Below are positions 31,308-40,764 of a stretch of DNA of 64,000 nucleotides, one piece after another (position 1 is the stretch's first letter; each line of letters begins with the position of its first letter). The DNA is from Candidatus Krumholzibacteriota bacterium. Lineage in GTDB: Bacteria; Krumholzibacteriota; Krumholzibacteriia; JAJRXK01. The DNA lies in NCBI GenBank assembly GCA_963727455.1, contig CAVSGG010000008.1, positions 320,001 through 384,000 of the forward strand, in the 5' to 3' direction. The position numbers were made by a program, and so were the translations under genes. The notes beneath the pieces were generated by a model. That model was not told where the DNA came from. It saw only the letters and a list, made by a program, of their open reading frames with translations, and did no database searches.

Positions 31308-33109
31308 GCCTCGTCTCCTCGCGTCGAATCCGCCGCACTCACCAGCGCCTCGTCCACCTCGAACTCCATGGCCAAGAGCGCATGGGAATAGGTCTTCCCC
31401 TGAGCATCGATGTGTAGTGAGAAGGTCCCTCCTCCTCCCAGTGATTCGAAGAGGAGAAAGTTCAACGCATGTAGGTTGGGAACCTCGAAGCGCTTGACTC
31501 CACCATGAACGATTCCCTCAAAGCGCCGCTGGACCGTCTCTTCCGTGAGTGTCTCCTTCAACCAGGGAAAGATACTCGGATGTCGGGCAATCACCCCAAT
31601 GTTGCTGGTATCACCTTTGTCGCCGCTGCGTCCGTGGGCAAGCCGGCGCAGCGGCACTTTGACGAGTCTACCACTGGCGCGCGGGACTTCGGCCCCGGAA
31701 AGTTCCGCTTCCACCGGGCAGCGTCCGTCGCCCGTGCCCTTGCCGAAAGAGACTTCCACTTTCTCCGTGCCGGCCGCATCGGAAACCTCCACCAGGGCCT
31801 TGCATCGGCTTCGGGGAATCAGACAGGGCCAGTATCCGACGACTTCTTGTACCCGCGGCCTCCCTCCGGTGACGGCCACCCCGGGAGGTCCCGAGAGGAT
31901 CAGGGCCGCGAGCATTTTGGAAAACGCCGTGATCTTTTGACGGCTGCGGTCTCGGACGCTCATGCGTAGGTAGATCTCGCTGGCCTCGTGGGTGGGCGAC
32001 ATCGGTCCCCAGGTCGCGTCCGCGCCCACGAACTCCGCCAAATGCTCCTGACAATCGGGAAGACGATTCCACATGATTTCGGCGAAGGCCTCTCCCTTGG
32101 TCCGCGCCTCGGGACCACAGATGATGACGGCGCCGCTGGCCTTGTATCCCTCGTGCAGACTGGCCGAAATCTTCAGGGTGTCCGTGGGCGGGGCCCCCTT
32201 GATGCCCCACACGCGCACTCGGTTCTTCCCCGCCTGCTCCAACTTGATCGAAGTGAATGCCGCTACCACATCGGGTGTGATGTAGGAGCTCGGGTCACCC
32301 ATTTCGTAGACCAGCTGTTCCTTGACGGTTTCCACGCACACTAGTCCACCCGTGCCCTCGTGCTTGGTCACGATGAAGGAGCCGTCGGGATGCATTTCGA
32401 CGATGGGATATCCGATGTCGTGAAAGCTCGGCACCCTCTTCCAGTCGGTGAAATTACCCCCCGTGCTCTGGGCCCCACATTCCAAGATGTGAGCGGCGAT
32501 GGTTCCGGCCGCGAGTTGGTCGTAGTCGTCCCGGTTCCAGCCGAAACGGTGAACCATCGGCGCGAGGGAGATGCCCGTGTCCGTGACCCGTCCGGTCACG
32601 ATGATCTGAGCGCCGCGCTTCAGGGCCTCCACCACCGGGGCGGCCCCGAAATAGACGTTTGCGCTGGTGAATTTGCCGCTCGCCTCGGAGAAATTCCTGC
32701 CGTCGTCCATGTTGGCGAGTGCTTCGCCCTGTTCGTACCAGGTCGAGAGGGATTCGAGGACCTCGTCCCCGGCCACCAGACCCACCTTCAAGGGGCTGGA
32801 GCCCTCCTCCCCGATCTTCAGCAACTCGTCGCGGCACGAGTAAGGATTCACGCCTCCCGCATTGGTGATGATCTTGGTCCCGGTTTTCGCCAGAAGCGGC
32901 AGTACTTCGCGCACCTGATCGACGAAATCGTGTGCGTACCCCAGCTTGGGGTTCCGGCTGCGCTGCTTCTGGAGAATGGACATCGTGATCTCGGCCAGAT
33001 AGTCGATGGTGATGACGTCCAGCGGTCCACCCTCGAGCTGACGTTTCAACACGCCGAGATCGTCACCCCAGTAGCCGCCGGCGTTGGCTATACGTATGGC
33101 TTGCGTCAC
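31304..33109 (-). CDS. AtuA family (DUF1446) acyclic terpene utilization protein
   Basis: ANAGGYWGD, DYLAEITM, NAGGVNP, TGRVTD, ECGAQSTGGNF, RSGDKGD, DAQGK. Confidence 0.9.
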   Translation of the reverse strand: MTQAIRIANAGGYWGDDLGVLKRQLEGGPLDVITIDYLAEITMSILQKQRSRNPKLGYAHDFVDQVREVLPLLAKTGTKIITNAGGVNPYSCRDELLKIGEEGSSPLKVGLVAGDEVLESLSTWYEQGEALANMDDGRNFSEASGKFTSANVYFGAAPVVEALKRGAQIIVTGRVTDTGISLAPMVHRFGWNRDDYDQLAAGTIAAHILECGAQSTGGNFTDWKRVPSFHDIGYPIVEMHPDGSFIVTKHEGTGGLVCVETVKEQLVYEMGDPSSYITPDVVAAFTSIKLEQAGKNRVRVWGIKGAPPTDTLKISASLHEGYKASGAVIICGPEARTKGEAFAEIMWNRLPDCQEHLAEFVGADATWGPMSPTHEASEIYLRMSVRDRSRQKITAFSKMLAALILSGPPGVAVTGGRPRVQEVVGYWPCLIPRSRCKALVEVSDAAGTEKVEVSFGKGTGDGRCPVEAELSGAEVPRASGRLVKVPLRRLAHGRSGDKGDTSNIGVIARHPSIFPWLKETLTEETVQRRFEGIVHGGVKRFEVPNLHALNFLLFESLGGGGTFSLHIDAQGKTYSHALLAMEFEVDEALVSAADSTRGDEA

Positions 33110-33299
33110 CTTGCAGTTCCTTTGCGCGAATTGAGGCTCAGAATGGGTAATTGTGCCCTTCCCGGCACCCGACGAAACGGCGGGGATGGAATGGCAGTAT
33201 AGAGGCCACCACGAGACTCGTCCACCAGACCCCTGGCCCAATCGTATCTTGGCTGTTAGGCTGATCGCGAAAACGAGGAAGCAACGTCCGGGAGGAACC

Positions 33300-34712
33300 A
33301 TGGAACTGAAGAAGCTGCAGAGCCGTGTGGATCAGACATGGGAAGAAGAGATTCTGCCCACCCTTGCCGAGTATATCGCCATTCCCAACAAGTCCCCGAT
33401 GTTCGACCCGGAATGGGAGAACCACGGCCACATGGAAAAGGCAGTGCAGCTTCTGAGTTCCTGGGCCAAGGAGCGGAAGCTGAAGGGAATGAAGCTCGAG
33501 GTGGTCCGTCTGAAGGGGCGCACGCCCCTGATTTTCGCAGAGATTCCGGGCGAGGGCGAGGAAACGGTCTTGCTCTACGGGCACCTCGACAAGCAGCCGG
33601 AAATGGTCGGCTGGGACGAGGGCAAGGGACCGTGGACCCCGGTGATGCAGGACGGCAAGCTCTACGGACGCGGAGGGGCGGACGACGGCTATGCCATCTT
33701 CGCGGCCCTCACCGCCATCGAGCAGGTGCAGGAACAGGGGCTGAAGCACGCGCGCTGCGTGGTGGTGATAGAGGCGTGCGAGGAGAGCGGAAGTCCCGAT
33801 CTCCCCGAGTATATCGAACACCTTGCCGATCGAATCGGCACTCCGAGTCTTGTGGTGTGTCTGGACTCGGGTTGCGGTAACTACGATCAGCTCTGGAGCA
33901 CCACCAGCTTGCGCGGCAACGTTACCGGGAAATTGACGATCAAGCTGCTCACCGAGGGAGTGCATTCGGGAGACGGCAGCGGAGTCGTTGCCGAGAGCTT
34001 CCGGGTGGCCAGAGCCCTCCTGAGCCGCATCGAGGATCAGGAGACGGGCGAAATCTTGCTTCCCGAGCTCAACGTCGACATCCCCATGGAGAGGATCGAA
34101 CAGGCAAAGGTCGTCGCGGAGATTCTGGGCGACGGTGTCTACGATCAATTTCCTTTGAACCCGGGTACGAAGCCGACCACCAATGACAAGACGGAACTGG
34201 TTCTCCGTCGCACCTGGCGGCCAACCCTTTGCGTAACCGGAGCTGACGGTTTTCCCAGTGTTCGCAACGCGGGCAACGTGTTGCGACCAGAGACGATCTT
34301 CAAACTTTCTTTCCGCTTGCCGCCCACCGCCGACCCCAGACTGGCGGCGAAGCGTCTAAAAGAGGCCTTCGAAACCAACCCACCCTACGACGCGCGGATC
34401 GAATTCGAATTCGATTCTCCCGCAGCGGGCTGGGATGCCCCTCCTCTCGCCGAGTGGCTCGAAGAATCTCTGCAGAGCGCGTCGAACGCGTTTTTCGGGA
34501 AACCGGCGTGTTACATGGGCGAGGGCGGGAGCATTCCCTTCATGTCGATGCTGGGAAAACGCTATCCCCTAGCCCAGTTTCTGATCACCGGGGTACTGGG
34601 ACCGTCTTCCAACGCGCACGGCCCGAACGAGTTTCTGCACGTGGCAACCGCGAAAAGAGTTACGGCCTGCGTGGCAAAGCTGCTTTCTGACCACCACGAC
34701 GCGTTCGCGTAG
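33300..34712 (+). CDS. M20 family metallopeptidase (Dug1/CNDP-like dipeptidase)
   Basis: YGHLDKQP, YGRGGADDG, EESGS, GEGGSIP, NAHGPNE; GGAGG RBS. Confidence 0.9.
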   Translation: MELKKLQSRVDQTWEEEILPTLAEYIAIPNKSPMFDPEWENHGHMEKAVQLLSSWAKERKLKGMKLEVVRLKGRTPLIFAEIPGEGEETVLLYGHLDKQPEMVGWDEGKGPWTPVMQDGKLYGRGGADDGYAIFAALTAIEQVQEQGLKHARCVVVIEACEESGSPDLPEYIEHLADRIGTPSLVVCLDSGCGNYDQLWSTTSLRGNVTGKLTIKLLTEGVHSGDGSGVVAESFRVARALLSRIEDQETGEILLPELNVDIPMERIEQAKVVAEILGDGVYDQFPLNPGTKPTTNDKTELVLRRTWRPTLCVTGADGFPSVRNAGNVLRPETIFKLSFRLPPTADPRLAAKRLKEAFETNPPYDARIEFEFDSPAAGWDAPPLAEWLEESLQSASNAFFGKPACYMGEGGSIPFMSMLGKRYPLAQFLITGVLGPSSNAHGPNEFLHVATAKRVTACVAKLLSDHHDAFA

Positions 34713-34760
34713 CACGAGGCGTTCGTCCCGCAGGTAGCAGATCCCGGGGGAGGACGGAAA

Positions 34761-36107
34761 CTAGCCGCGATGTCCGGGAACGCTGCCCCGCGAGAGGTCC
34801 TCGCGGCCCTGCTCGGTGCACAGGATGTCGTCCTCGATACGTACGCCGCCGCAGAGAAGAAGCTCATCGATCAGCTTCCAGTTGAAGGCAGAGGAGTGCG
34901 CACCCTGGCGGAACGGTTCCAGCAACATCGCGATGAAGTAGATTCCCGGCTCGACGGTGAGAACCTGGCCAGCTGCCATCTCCCGAGTGGTCCGCAAGTA
35001 GGCGTGCCGCGGCGGAGGCTCCAAGGTCCCTCCCGCGGGGGACTGTTGCCGCCCCCCCACGTCGTGCACCTGGAGACCGAGATGATGCCCCAGTCCGTGG
35101 GGGAAAAAGGGATCGGTGAGACCCTGCTCGAAGGCCTCGTCCGCTTTCACTTTCAGGATCGAAAGTTCGCAGAGGATCTTGGCCACTCCGCGGTGTGCAG
35201 TTTCGTGAAGATCCAAGTAGGAACGTCCCGGTCCAACCCCCTTCACCAGCTCTCGCTGCAAGGTATCGAGATGGTTGACGAGTTCTCGAAAGACGCGATG
35301 CGCCGCTGCCTGCGGATAGGTGCGCGTGATGTCGCTCGCGTATCCATAGACGGAAGCGCCTGCGTCCACCAGTAGATTCAAAGTCGCGGACGGCGCTTGA
35401 ATCTGTTTGCTCTGATAGTGGAGAACCGCGGAGTGCTCGTTCCAGGCGATGATGTTCGTATAGGGGACTTCGTTTTCCAGGTGCTGCGTCGCGGCAAGAT
35501 AGCCCGCGTGCATCGAGCGCTCGGAGCGCCCTTGCTCCGCATCGCTTCGCACGACCGCGTGACCGAGTGCGGCCTTGCGCACGGCTCCGCGTATACATTC
35601 CACCTCGTAAGCGGTTTTCAGTCCGCGATCCCAATCCAGTCGCGCCATGAGTTCTTCCGGTTCGACCCTCTCCTCTTCGATGCTCAGAGCCCGCGCGGTT
35701 CCGTCATCCGGACCCACGTACGCCAAGCCCTCGAGGTTTCCGACTGCTCTGACTGCGGCCTTGGCATCGGCCACCGTCTCCACGCAGAGGCTCGTCATGT
35801 AGGGATGTTCCGGGTCGGGCGGTGTCTCGTACCAGTAGTCCCTGGGCACCACTTTCACCAGAGTGGGCAACTCGCCAGGGCGAAACACCAGCAGATGATC
35901 CGGCCCCTTCACCGGGGCCCAGCGCGCGAAGTGAAAACTCGGTTTGAACGGGACGGGTTGATCGTCCGCGTGATACAGAACATCTCCCCCGGCCGCGAAC
36001 ACGATCCCGCGAAATTCCCTGCCCTCTCTCGCCAGGTCCTTGAGAATGGCCGCGCTGCGCTTTGAAAGCTCCTCGATGTGAGTTCTGTAGGATGCTTTCA
36101 GATCCAT
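34761..36107 (-). CDS. pepQ: Xaa-Pro dipeptidase (prolidase)
   Basis: VPRDYWY, DAGA...YASDITRT, PHGLGHHLGLQVHDVGG, TVEPGIYF, GGVRIEDD. Confidence 0.88.
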   Translation of the reverse strand: MDLKASYRTHIEELSKRSAAILKDLAREGREFRGIVFAAGGDVLYHADDQPVPFKPSFHFARWAPVKGPDHLLVFRPGELPTLVKVVPRDYWYETPPDPEHPYMTSLCVETVADAKAAVRAVGNLEGLAYVGPDDGTARALSIEEERVEPEELMARLDWDRGLKTAYEVECIRGAVRKAALGHAVVRSDAEQGRSERSMHAGYLAATQHLENEVPYTNIIAWNEHSAVLHYQSKQIQAPSATLNLLVDAGASVYGYASDITRTYPQAAAHRVFRELVNHLDTLQRELVKGVGPGRSYLDLHETAHRGVAKILCELSILKVKADEAFEQGLTDPFFPHGLGHHLGLQVHDVGGRQQSPAGGTLEPPPRHAYLRTTREMAAGQVLTVEPGIYFIAMLLEPFRQGAHSSAFNWKLIDELLLCGGVRIEDDILCTEQGREDLSRGSVPGHRG

Positions 36108-36200
36108 GACTCTCCTCCGTTGCTGCAAGGCAGCAGTGCGCAAGGTCACGAGCCCGTGGGGGCGAAGTTGGTCGAGGGACGTGCGGAGCGCGCGCGTGAG

Positions 36201-37850
36201 CTAGAAACGAAATACGCCGTAATTGGTTTTCTGCAAGGGTGCGTTGAACGACATCTCCAGGGAAAGCCCCAGAACGTCGCGCGTTTGCAGGGGATCGAGG
36301 ATTCCGTCGTCCCAGAGCCGCGCCGTCGAGTAGTAGGGCGAGCTCTCCAGCGCATACTTGTCGAGAATAGGCTGTTTGAACGCGTCCACTTCCTCTTGGG
36401 ACATGGACTCGCCATTACGGGCGAGTTGCTCCTGTTTGACTGTGGCCAGAACGCCGGCCGCCTGCTCCCCACCCATGACGCTGATGCGGCTGCCGGGCCA
36501 CATGAAGAGCAGGCGAGGTTGGTAGGCTCGCCCACACATGCCGTAATTCCCCGCTCCATGGCTACCGCCGATGATGATCGTGAATTTGGGTACGGCGGCA
36601 TTGGCCACCGCGTTGACCATCTTGGCTCCGTCTTTCGCGATTCCGCCCTGTTCGTATTTCTTGCCGACCATGTAGCCAGTGATGTTCTGCAGAAAGAGGA
36701 GCGGAATTTTGCGAGCGCAGCACAGCTGTACGAAATGCGTGACCTTCAGTGCGCTCTCGCTGAAGAGAACACCGTTGTTGGCCACGATTCCGAGCTCGTA
36801 GCCGTGGACCCGCGCAAATCCGGTTACTACCGTGGTGCCGTAGCGTTCCTTGAATTCGTGAAAGCGCGAACCGTCGACCAGTCGCGCGATGACCTCCCGC
36901 ACTTCGAAGGGACGGCGTGGGTCCTCGGGCAGGATTCCCAGAAGTTCTTCGGGATCGAAGTGCGGATCCTCCGGGGCTTCTCGCGGAACTGCCGACTTCT
37001 TCGCCAAACCGAGATTCTCCACCATGTTGCGGATGATCTTCAGCGCATGCGCGTCATCGTTGGCGAGAGAGTCCGCCACTCCGCTGATGCGCGTGTGTAC
37101 GTCACCTCCACCCAGTTCCTCGGCCGTGACTTCTTCTCCCGTCGCTGCTTTGACCAGAGGTGGACCGCCCAGAAAGATGGTCCCCTGTTCCTTCACGATG
37201 ACGACTTCGTCGCTCATGGCGGGCACGTAGGCTCCACCGGCTGTGCATGAGCCCAAAACGGCAGAGATTTGGGGAATGTCGCGGGCACTCATCTGGGCCT
37301 GGTTGTAGAAAATGCGGCCGAAGTGCTCGCGATCCGGGAAGACCTCGGCTTGCAGCGGCAAAAACGCTCCTCCGCTGTCCACCAGATAGATGCAGGGAAG
37401 ATGGTTCTCGAGCGCGATTTCCTGGGCACGCAGGTGCTTCTTGACGGTGAGGGGATGGTAGGTCCCACCCTTCACCGTGGCGTCGTTGGCGACGATCATC
37501 ACCTGCCGACCATGGATGTTGCCGACGCCGGTCACGATCCCTGCGGCCGGGACGGGAGTGGAATACACTTCGTGCGCGGCCAGCGGCGAAAACTCCAGGA
37601 AGGGGCTACCCTGATCCAAGAGAGCGTCAATTCGCTCTCGTACCAGCAGTTTGCCCCGGCTCTGATGGAGCTCGCGGGCCCTTGGGCTCCCACCGAGTCG
37701 GACCTTGGCCAGGGCTTCCTCCAGCGCTATGGCGCGAGCCCGGTTGACCTCCTGATTGCGCTTGAAGTCCGGCGAGTTGGGAAGTACGGCACTCGAGAGC
37801 CTGCGCACGGCGAGCCTCCGGCTGAAGGGGAATGGAGATGGGTCCGCCAT
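36201..37850 (-). CDS. Methylcrotonyl-CoA carboxylase carboxyltransferase (beta) subunit
   Basis: [56 protein letters not shown]. Confidence 0.92.
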   Translation of the reverse strand: MADPSPFPFSRRLAVRRLSSAVLPNSPDFKRNQEVNRARAIALEEALAKVRLGGSPRARELHQSRGKLLVRERIDALLDQGSPFLEFSPLAAHEVYSTPVPAAGIVTGVGNIHGRQVMIVANDATVKGGTYHPLTVKKHLRAQEIALENHLPCIYLVDSGGAFLPLQAEVFPDREHFGRIFYNQAQMSARDIPQISAVLGSCTAGGAYVPAMSDEVVIVKEQGTIFLGGPPLVKAATGEEVTAEELGGGDVHTRISGVADSLANDDAHALKIIRNMVENLGLAKKSAVPREAPEDPHFDPEELLGILPEDPRRPFEVREVIARLVDGSRFHEFKERYGTTVVTGFARVHGYELGIVANNGVLFSESALKVTHFVQLCCARKIPLLFLQNITGYMVGKKYEQGGIAKDGAKMVNAVANAAVPKFTIIIGGSHGAGNYGMCGRAYQPRLLFMWPGSRISVMGGEQAAGVLATVKQEQLARNGESMSQEEVDAFKQPILDKYALESSPYYSTARLWDDGILDPLQTRDVLGLSLEMSFNAPLQKTNYGVFRF

Positions 37851-38056
37851 CGGCTCGCATCATCGTGCCGCCAGCGTCCGCAAAGAAAGAAGAAGTGTAG
37901 AAGCCTCGAGGGCGCGCGTAAAGAGCCGCGAGGGACAGACGCAGAGCTTCGTGATAGGCTGGCTGCGTGCCTTGCCGGGCAAAAGGCACGAAACCGAGAA
38001 AGCGCCGGCGCGTATGGATTCGAGGAACGCGCACCGTCTTGCTCCCGGGAGGATCC

Positions 38057-40036
38057 GTGATCGACCGCGAAGAGGAAATGCCCTTCACTGGCGAATACCT
38101 CGACTTTGCCCATGCAAGCACGGACGATCTGCAGACTCGTATTTTCGAGCTTCTCACGCTGGTGGAAACCAGTCGCGAGCTGCTACGCGCCCACGACGCC
38201 GATGACGTGGCGCGCCGCGTTTTGCTCTCCGTCATCGGAGTTCTCGGCGCCTCCTCCGCCAGTGTCCTGCGACGAGATCCCGTGGGCGAGCGCATGGAAC
38301 TCTTGGTCCACGCGGGACTGGATATCGAAGAGAGACTCGAATTCCATCTCCCCGACACGATGGTGGAAGCTTTCGAACAGAAGAGCGACGGACGGCCTTT
38401 CCGCGTCGACCGCGATCTCGTTCAGGGGCCAGCCCGCGATTTTCTGCACTCCTACGAGAAGGTGCTCGAAACACTCGATGCGGCGGTAGTGTGTCCGCTC
38501 ATCGGACGTCAGGGGCTCTTCGGCTTTCTCCTCTTGGGACGCCGCCTCCTGAGCGAGGGATATTCCTCGAACGACCTGGAGGTTTTCGCGAGTTTGGCCG
38601 AGCTCTACACCCTCGCATTGGAACGCGGTGCGGGTCCCGCGCCCATTTTGGGGCGTGCTCCCGCGGAGGTGCCGCGCGAGGTCTCCCTGGCTCTGCGCAA
38701 ACTCCGAGAATTGTATCCGCCGCTGCGAGGAATCCTCGGCGAAAGCGAGGTGATTCTCCAGCTTTTCCGCGACATGGTTCAGCTTGCGCCGAGTCGTGCC
38801 ACCGTTCTCATACAGGGAGAGAGCGGCACGGGAAAGGAAATAGTGGCTCGCGCCATCCACGAACTCTCGGCGCGCCAAGGCGGTCCGCTGGAAATCGTCG
38901 ACTGTTCCTCCATTCCACGCGAACTCATCGAGAGCGAACTCTTCGGACACCTGCGCGGCGCATTCACCGGCGCGGTGCGCGACCGACGCGGCGCCTTCGA
39001 GCTGGCGCACCGAGGCACACTGTTCCTGGACGAAATCGGAGACATGAGCCTCGCCTCGCAGACGCGTCTGTTGCGCGCACTACAGGAGGGACGCTTCCGG
39101 CCGGTGGGCGGAGAGAAGACGCGTTCGGTGGACGTTCGGGTGATCGCGGCCACCAACGTCGATCTGAGGGAGGCTGTTGCTCGCGGCGAATTCCGCAAGG
39201 ATCTGTTCTATCGGGTTCAGGTCTATCCCCTCAGACTTCCGCCCCTGCGCGAGCGCGTGGGAGACATCGCCATCTTGAGCCGCGCCTTCCTCAAGCGTTT
39301 CTACGCGGACTTCGGATTGAAGGAACCCATCGTAGATCCGGAAGTGATCACCGCTTTGCAAGCTCATCTGTTTCCGGGAAACGTGCGCGAACTTCAGAAC
39401 ATGGTCGAAGCCCTCGCCATAAGAAGCCGTGACAAACGTCACGTTCGACTCGAACATCTACGGCGCGTATTTGCAAGTCAGCAGTTGACGCAGCGCCCTC
39501 TTGCGGACGCGAACTCCGATCAAGGGTCGTCCCGCCCGTTGGCGAAGCACCCCTTGGAAAGCGCAAGCACCCCACCGGAAACCAAGTCGGGCGCAGCGAG
39601 CGCCGAGGGACTCGCTCCCCCCAGCGATGCGAGCGCTGAGGCCGTGGCACGGCAGATCCTCGACGCCTGGCGCCAGACCGGCTTCAATCTTCTCGAAGCC
39701 AGCCGGCGTTTGAAATCGCTGCGAACTCAGGGAGAGAACGTGGCCATCGTGGATCGGGTCCAAATGAACCACTATCTCGACGGGGAGACCCTCAGAGCTT
39801 TCATGTCGAGTGGATCCGAAGCGGAAGTTGTGGAGATCCTCTGTGCCGGATCGCAGCCGCGGCACCGCGTCGCTCGGCGGACTACCCGCCTGCTGCAACA
39901 GGCCCTGCAGGCCCTGCAGGGCGACGCGCTACACGAGACCTTCCCGCGCCTGCCGGCGCAGTACGAGCCGGTGCTACGCAAGCTAGAGAGCAAGGGCGCC
40001 GACTGGATGCGGAAACATCTGCAGCTGAACTCCTGA
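38057..40036 (+). CDS. Sigma54-dependent enhancer-binding protein with N-terminal GAF domain
   Basis: GESGTGKE, ESELFGH..GAFTGA, LFLDEIG, FRKDLFYR, FPGNVREL; start uncertain (38057 or 38078). Confidence 0.9.
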   Translation: MIDREEEMPFTGEYLDFAHASTDDLQTRIFELLTLVETSRELLRAHDADDVARRVLLSVIGVLGASSASVLRRDPVGERMELLVHAGLDIEERLEFHLPDTMVEAFEQKSDGRPFRVDRDLVQGPARDFLHSYEKVLETLDAAVVCPLIGRQGLFGFLLLGRRLLSEGYSSNDLEVFASLAELYTLALERGAGPAPILGRAPAEVPREVSLALRKLRELYPPLRGILGESEVILQLFRDMVQLAPSRATVLIQGESGTGKEIVARAIHELSARQGGPLEIVDCSSIPRELIESELFGHLRGAFTGAVRDRRGAFELAHRGTLFLDEIGDMSLASQTRLLRALQEGRFRPVGGEKTRSVDVRVIAATNVDLREAVARGEFRKDLFYRVQVYPLRLPPLRERVGDIAILSRAFLKRFYADFGLKEPIVDPEVITALQAHLFPGNVRELQNMVEALAIRSRDKRHVRLEHLRRVFASQQLTQRPLADANSDQGSSRPLAKHPLESASTPPETKSGAASAEGLAPPSDASAEAVARQILDAWRQTGFNLLEASRRLKSLRTQGENVAIVDRVQMNHYLDGETLRAFMSSGSEAEVVEILCAGSQPRHRVARRTTRLLQQALQALQGDALHETFPRLPAQYEPVLRKLESKGADWMRKHLQLNS

Positions 40037-40104
40037 GCCCTCGCGCAGGCTTTCGAGTTTCCGCTGGAAACTCTGAACCCAAGCGCGGACTTTCGAAGCC
40101 GGGG

Positions 40105-40150
40105 CAAAAGGAAAAGCGGAGCGCCCTCCCTGAATGGGGCGCCCCGCTTC
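40105..40150 (-). terminator. Intrinsic terminator, minus strand
   Basis: AAGCGGGGCGCCC..GGGCGCTCCGCTT hairpin followed by TTCCTTTT on the minus strand. Confidence 0.7.
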
Positions 40151-40494
40151 GAAAGACTGACGACGGGACCAATTTGGTCGGGCGCGATGCTCCCTCGCCA
40201 AGAACACCGGCCGCTTCGTCGTCAGCTCGGGGTTCGCCGATGCCGGGCGGCATCTTGCGGGAGTTCTCGCCAACTCCCCGAACCCTTTGGTCGCAACAGA
40301 ACCCTCGATTCACTCCAGCGCGATCCCCAAAAGGGGCGCCGGTCGTGTGGGGTCGTGGGGTGACCGGCGCAGCACTGCCTTGTCGAGTTCCCCTTCGGGC
40401 TCCGTCTCCTCTTCTTCCACACTTCTCACGTCCCTCGCCCGCGGACGTACCGCAGGGTCCAGATACGCGAGTCAGAGGTGTCCGTGTGGCATCG
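40105..40494 (-). ncRNA. Candidate sigma54-dependent structured RNA
   Basis: Lies between a -24/-12 promoter and a terminator, contains many hairpins, and has no convincing ORF. Confidence 0.45.
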
Positions 40495-40504
40495 ACCCCT
40501 GCTT

Positions 40505-40522
40505 AAGCAGAGCCGATGCCAA
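40505..40522 (-). promoter_or_regulatory. Sigma54 -24/-12 promoter
   Basis: Minus strand TTGGCATCGGCTCTGCTT with exact GG-N10-GC spacing. Confidence 0.6.
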
Positions 40523-40658
40523 CTTCGCTGCGACTGGGAAAGCAAAGGTCAACTCATTGTGTTCCAAACGTTTAGAAGAGGACACCGTTGCGGGCCCCAG
40601 GGACTTTTGTTGTGAAGACGGGGCGGACTCCCGGGATGTTCTGTTGTCGTTTGGTGTG

Positions 40659-40691
40659 TGACATCAAAAATGAACATCACAAGTGATGTCA
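40659..40691. promoter_or_regulatory. Palindromic protein-binding site (possible enhancer/UAS)
   Basis: TGACATCA...TGATGTCA with nested ACATCAC-AA-GTGATGT, about 140-170 bp upstream of the sigma54 site. Confidence 0.45.
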
Positions 40692-40764
40692 AGGCTGCTA
40701 GCAAGCTGCCAGAGAAGTGTTTGCGGGCTTTCTTGGGGCGCGGGCTGCTGCTACTCTGGGACCC

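Noticed and set aside
40210-40400. c-di-AMP (ydaO) riboswitch resemblance on the minus strand (GAGTGAATC...GAACCCCGAGCTGAC)
   Set aside because: The expected pseudoknot complement is missing and there is no downstream gene to regulate; only cmscan could settle it.
40222-40422. 66-aa minus-strand ORF inside the candidate RNA
   Set aside because: No clear RBS, low-information Arg/Ser-rich sequence, overlaps strong hairpins.
40487-40503. Plus-strand sigma54 promoter TGGCATCGACCCCTGCT
   Set aside because: GG-to-GC spacing is 11 nt rather than the required 10; it is the mirror arm of the minus-strand site.
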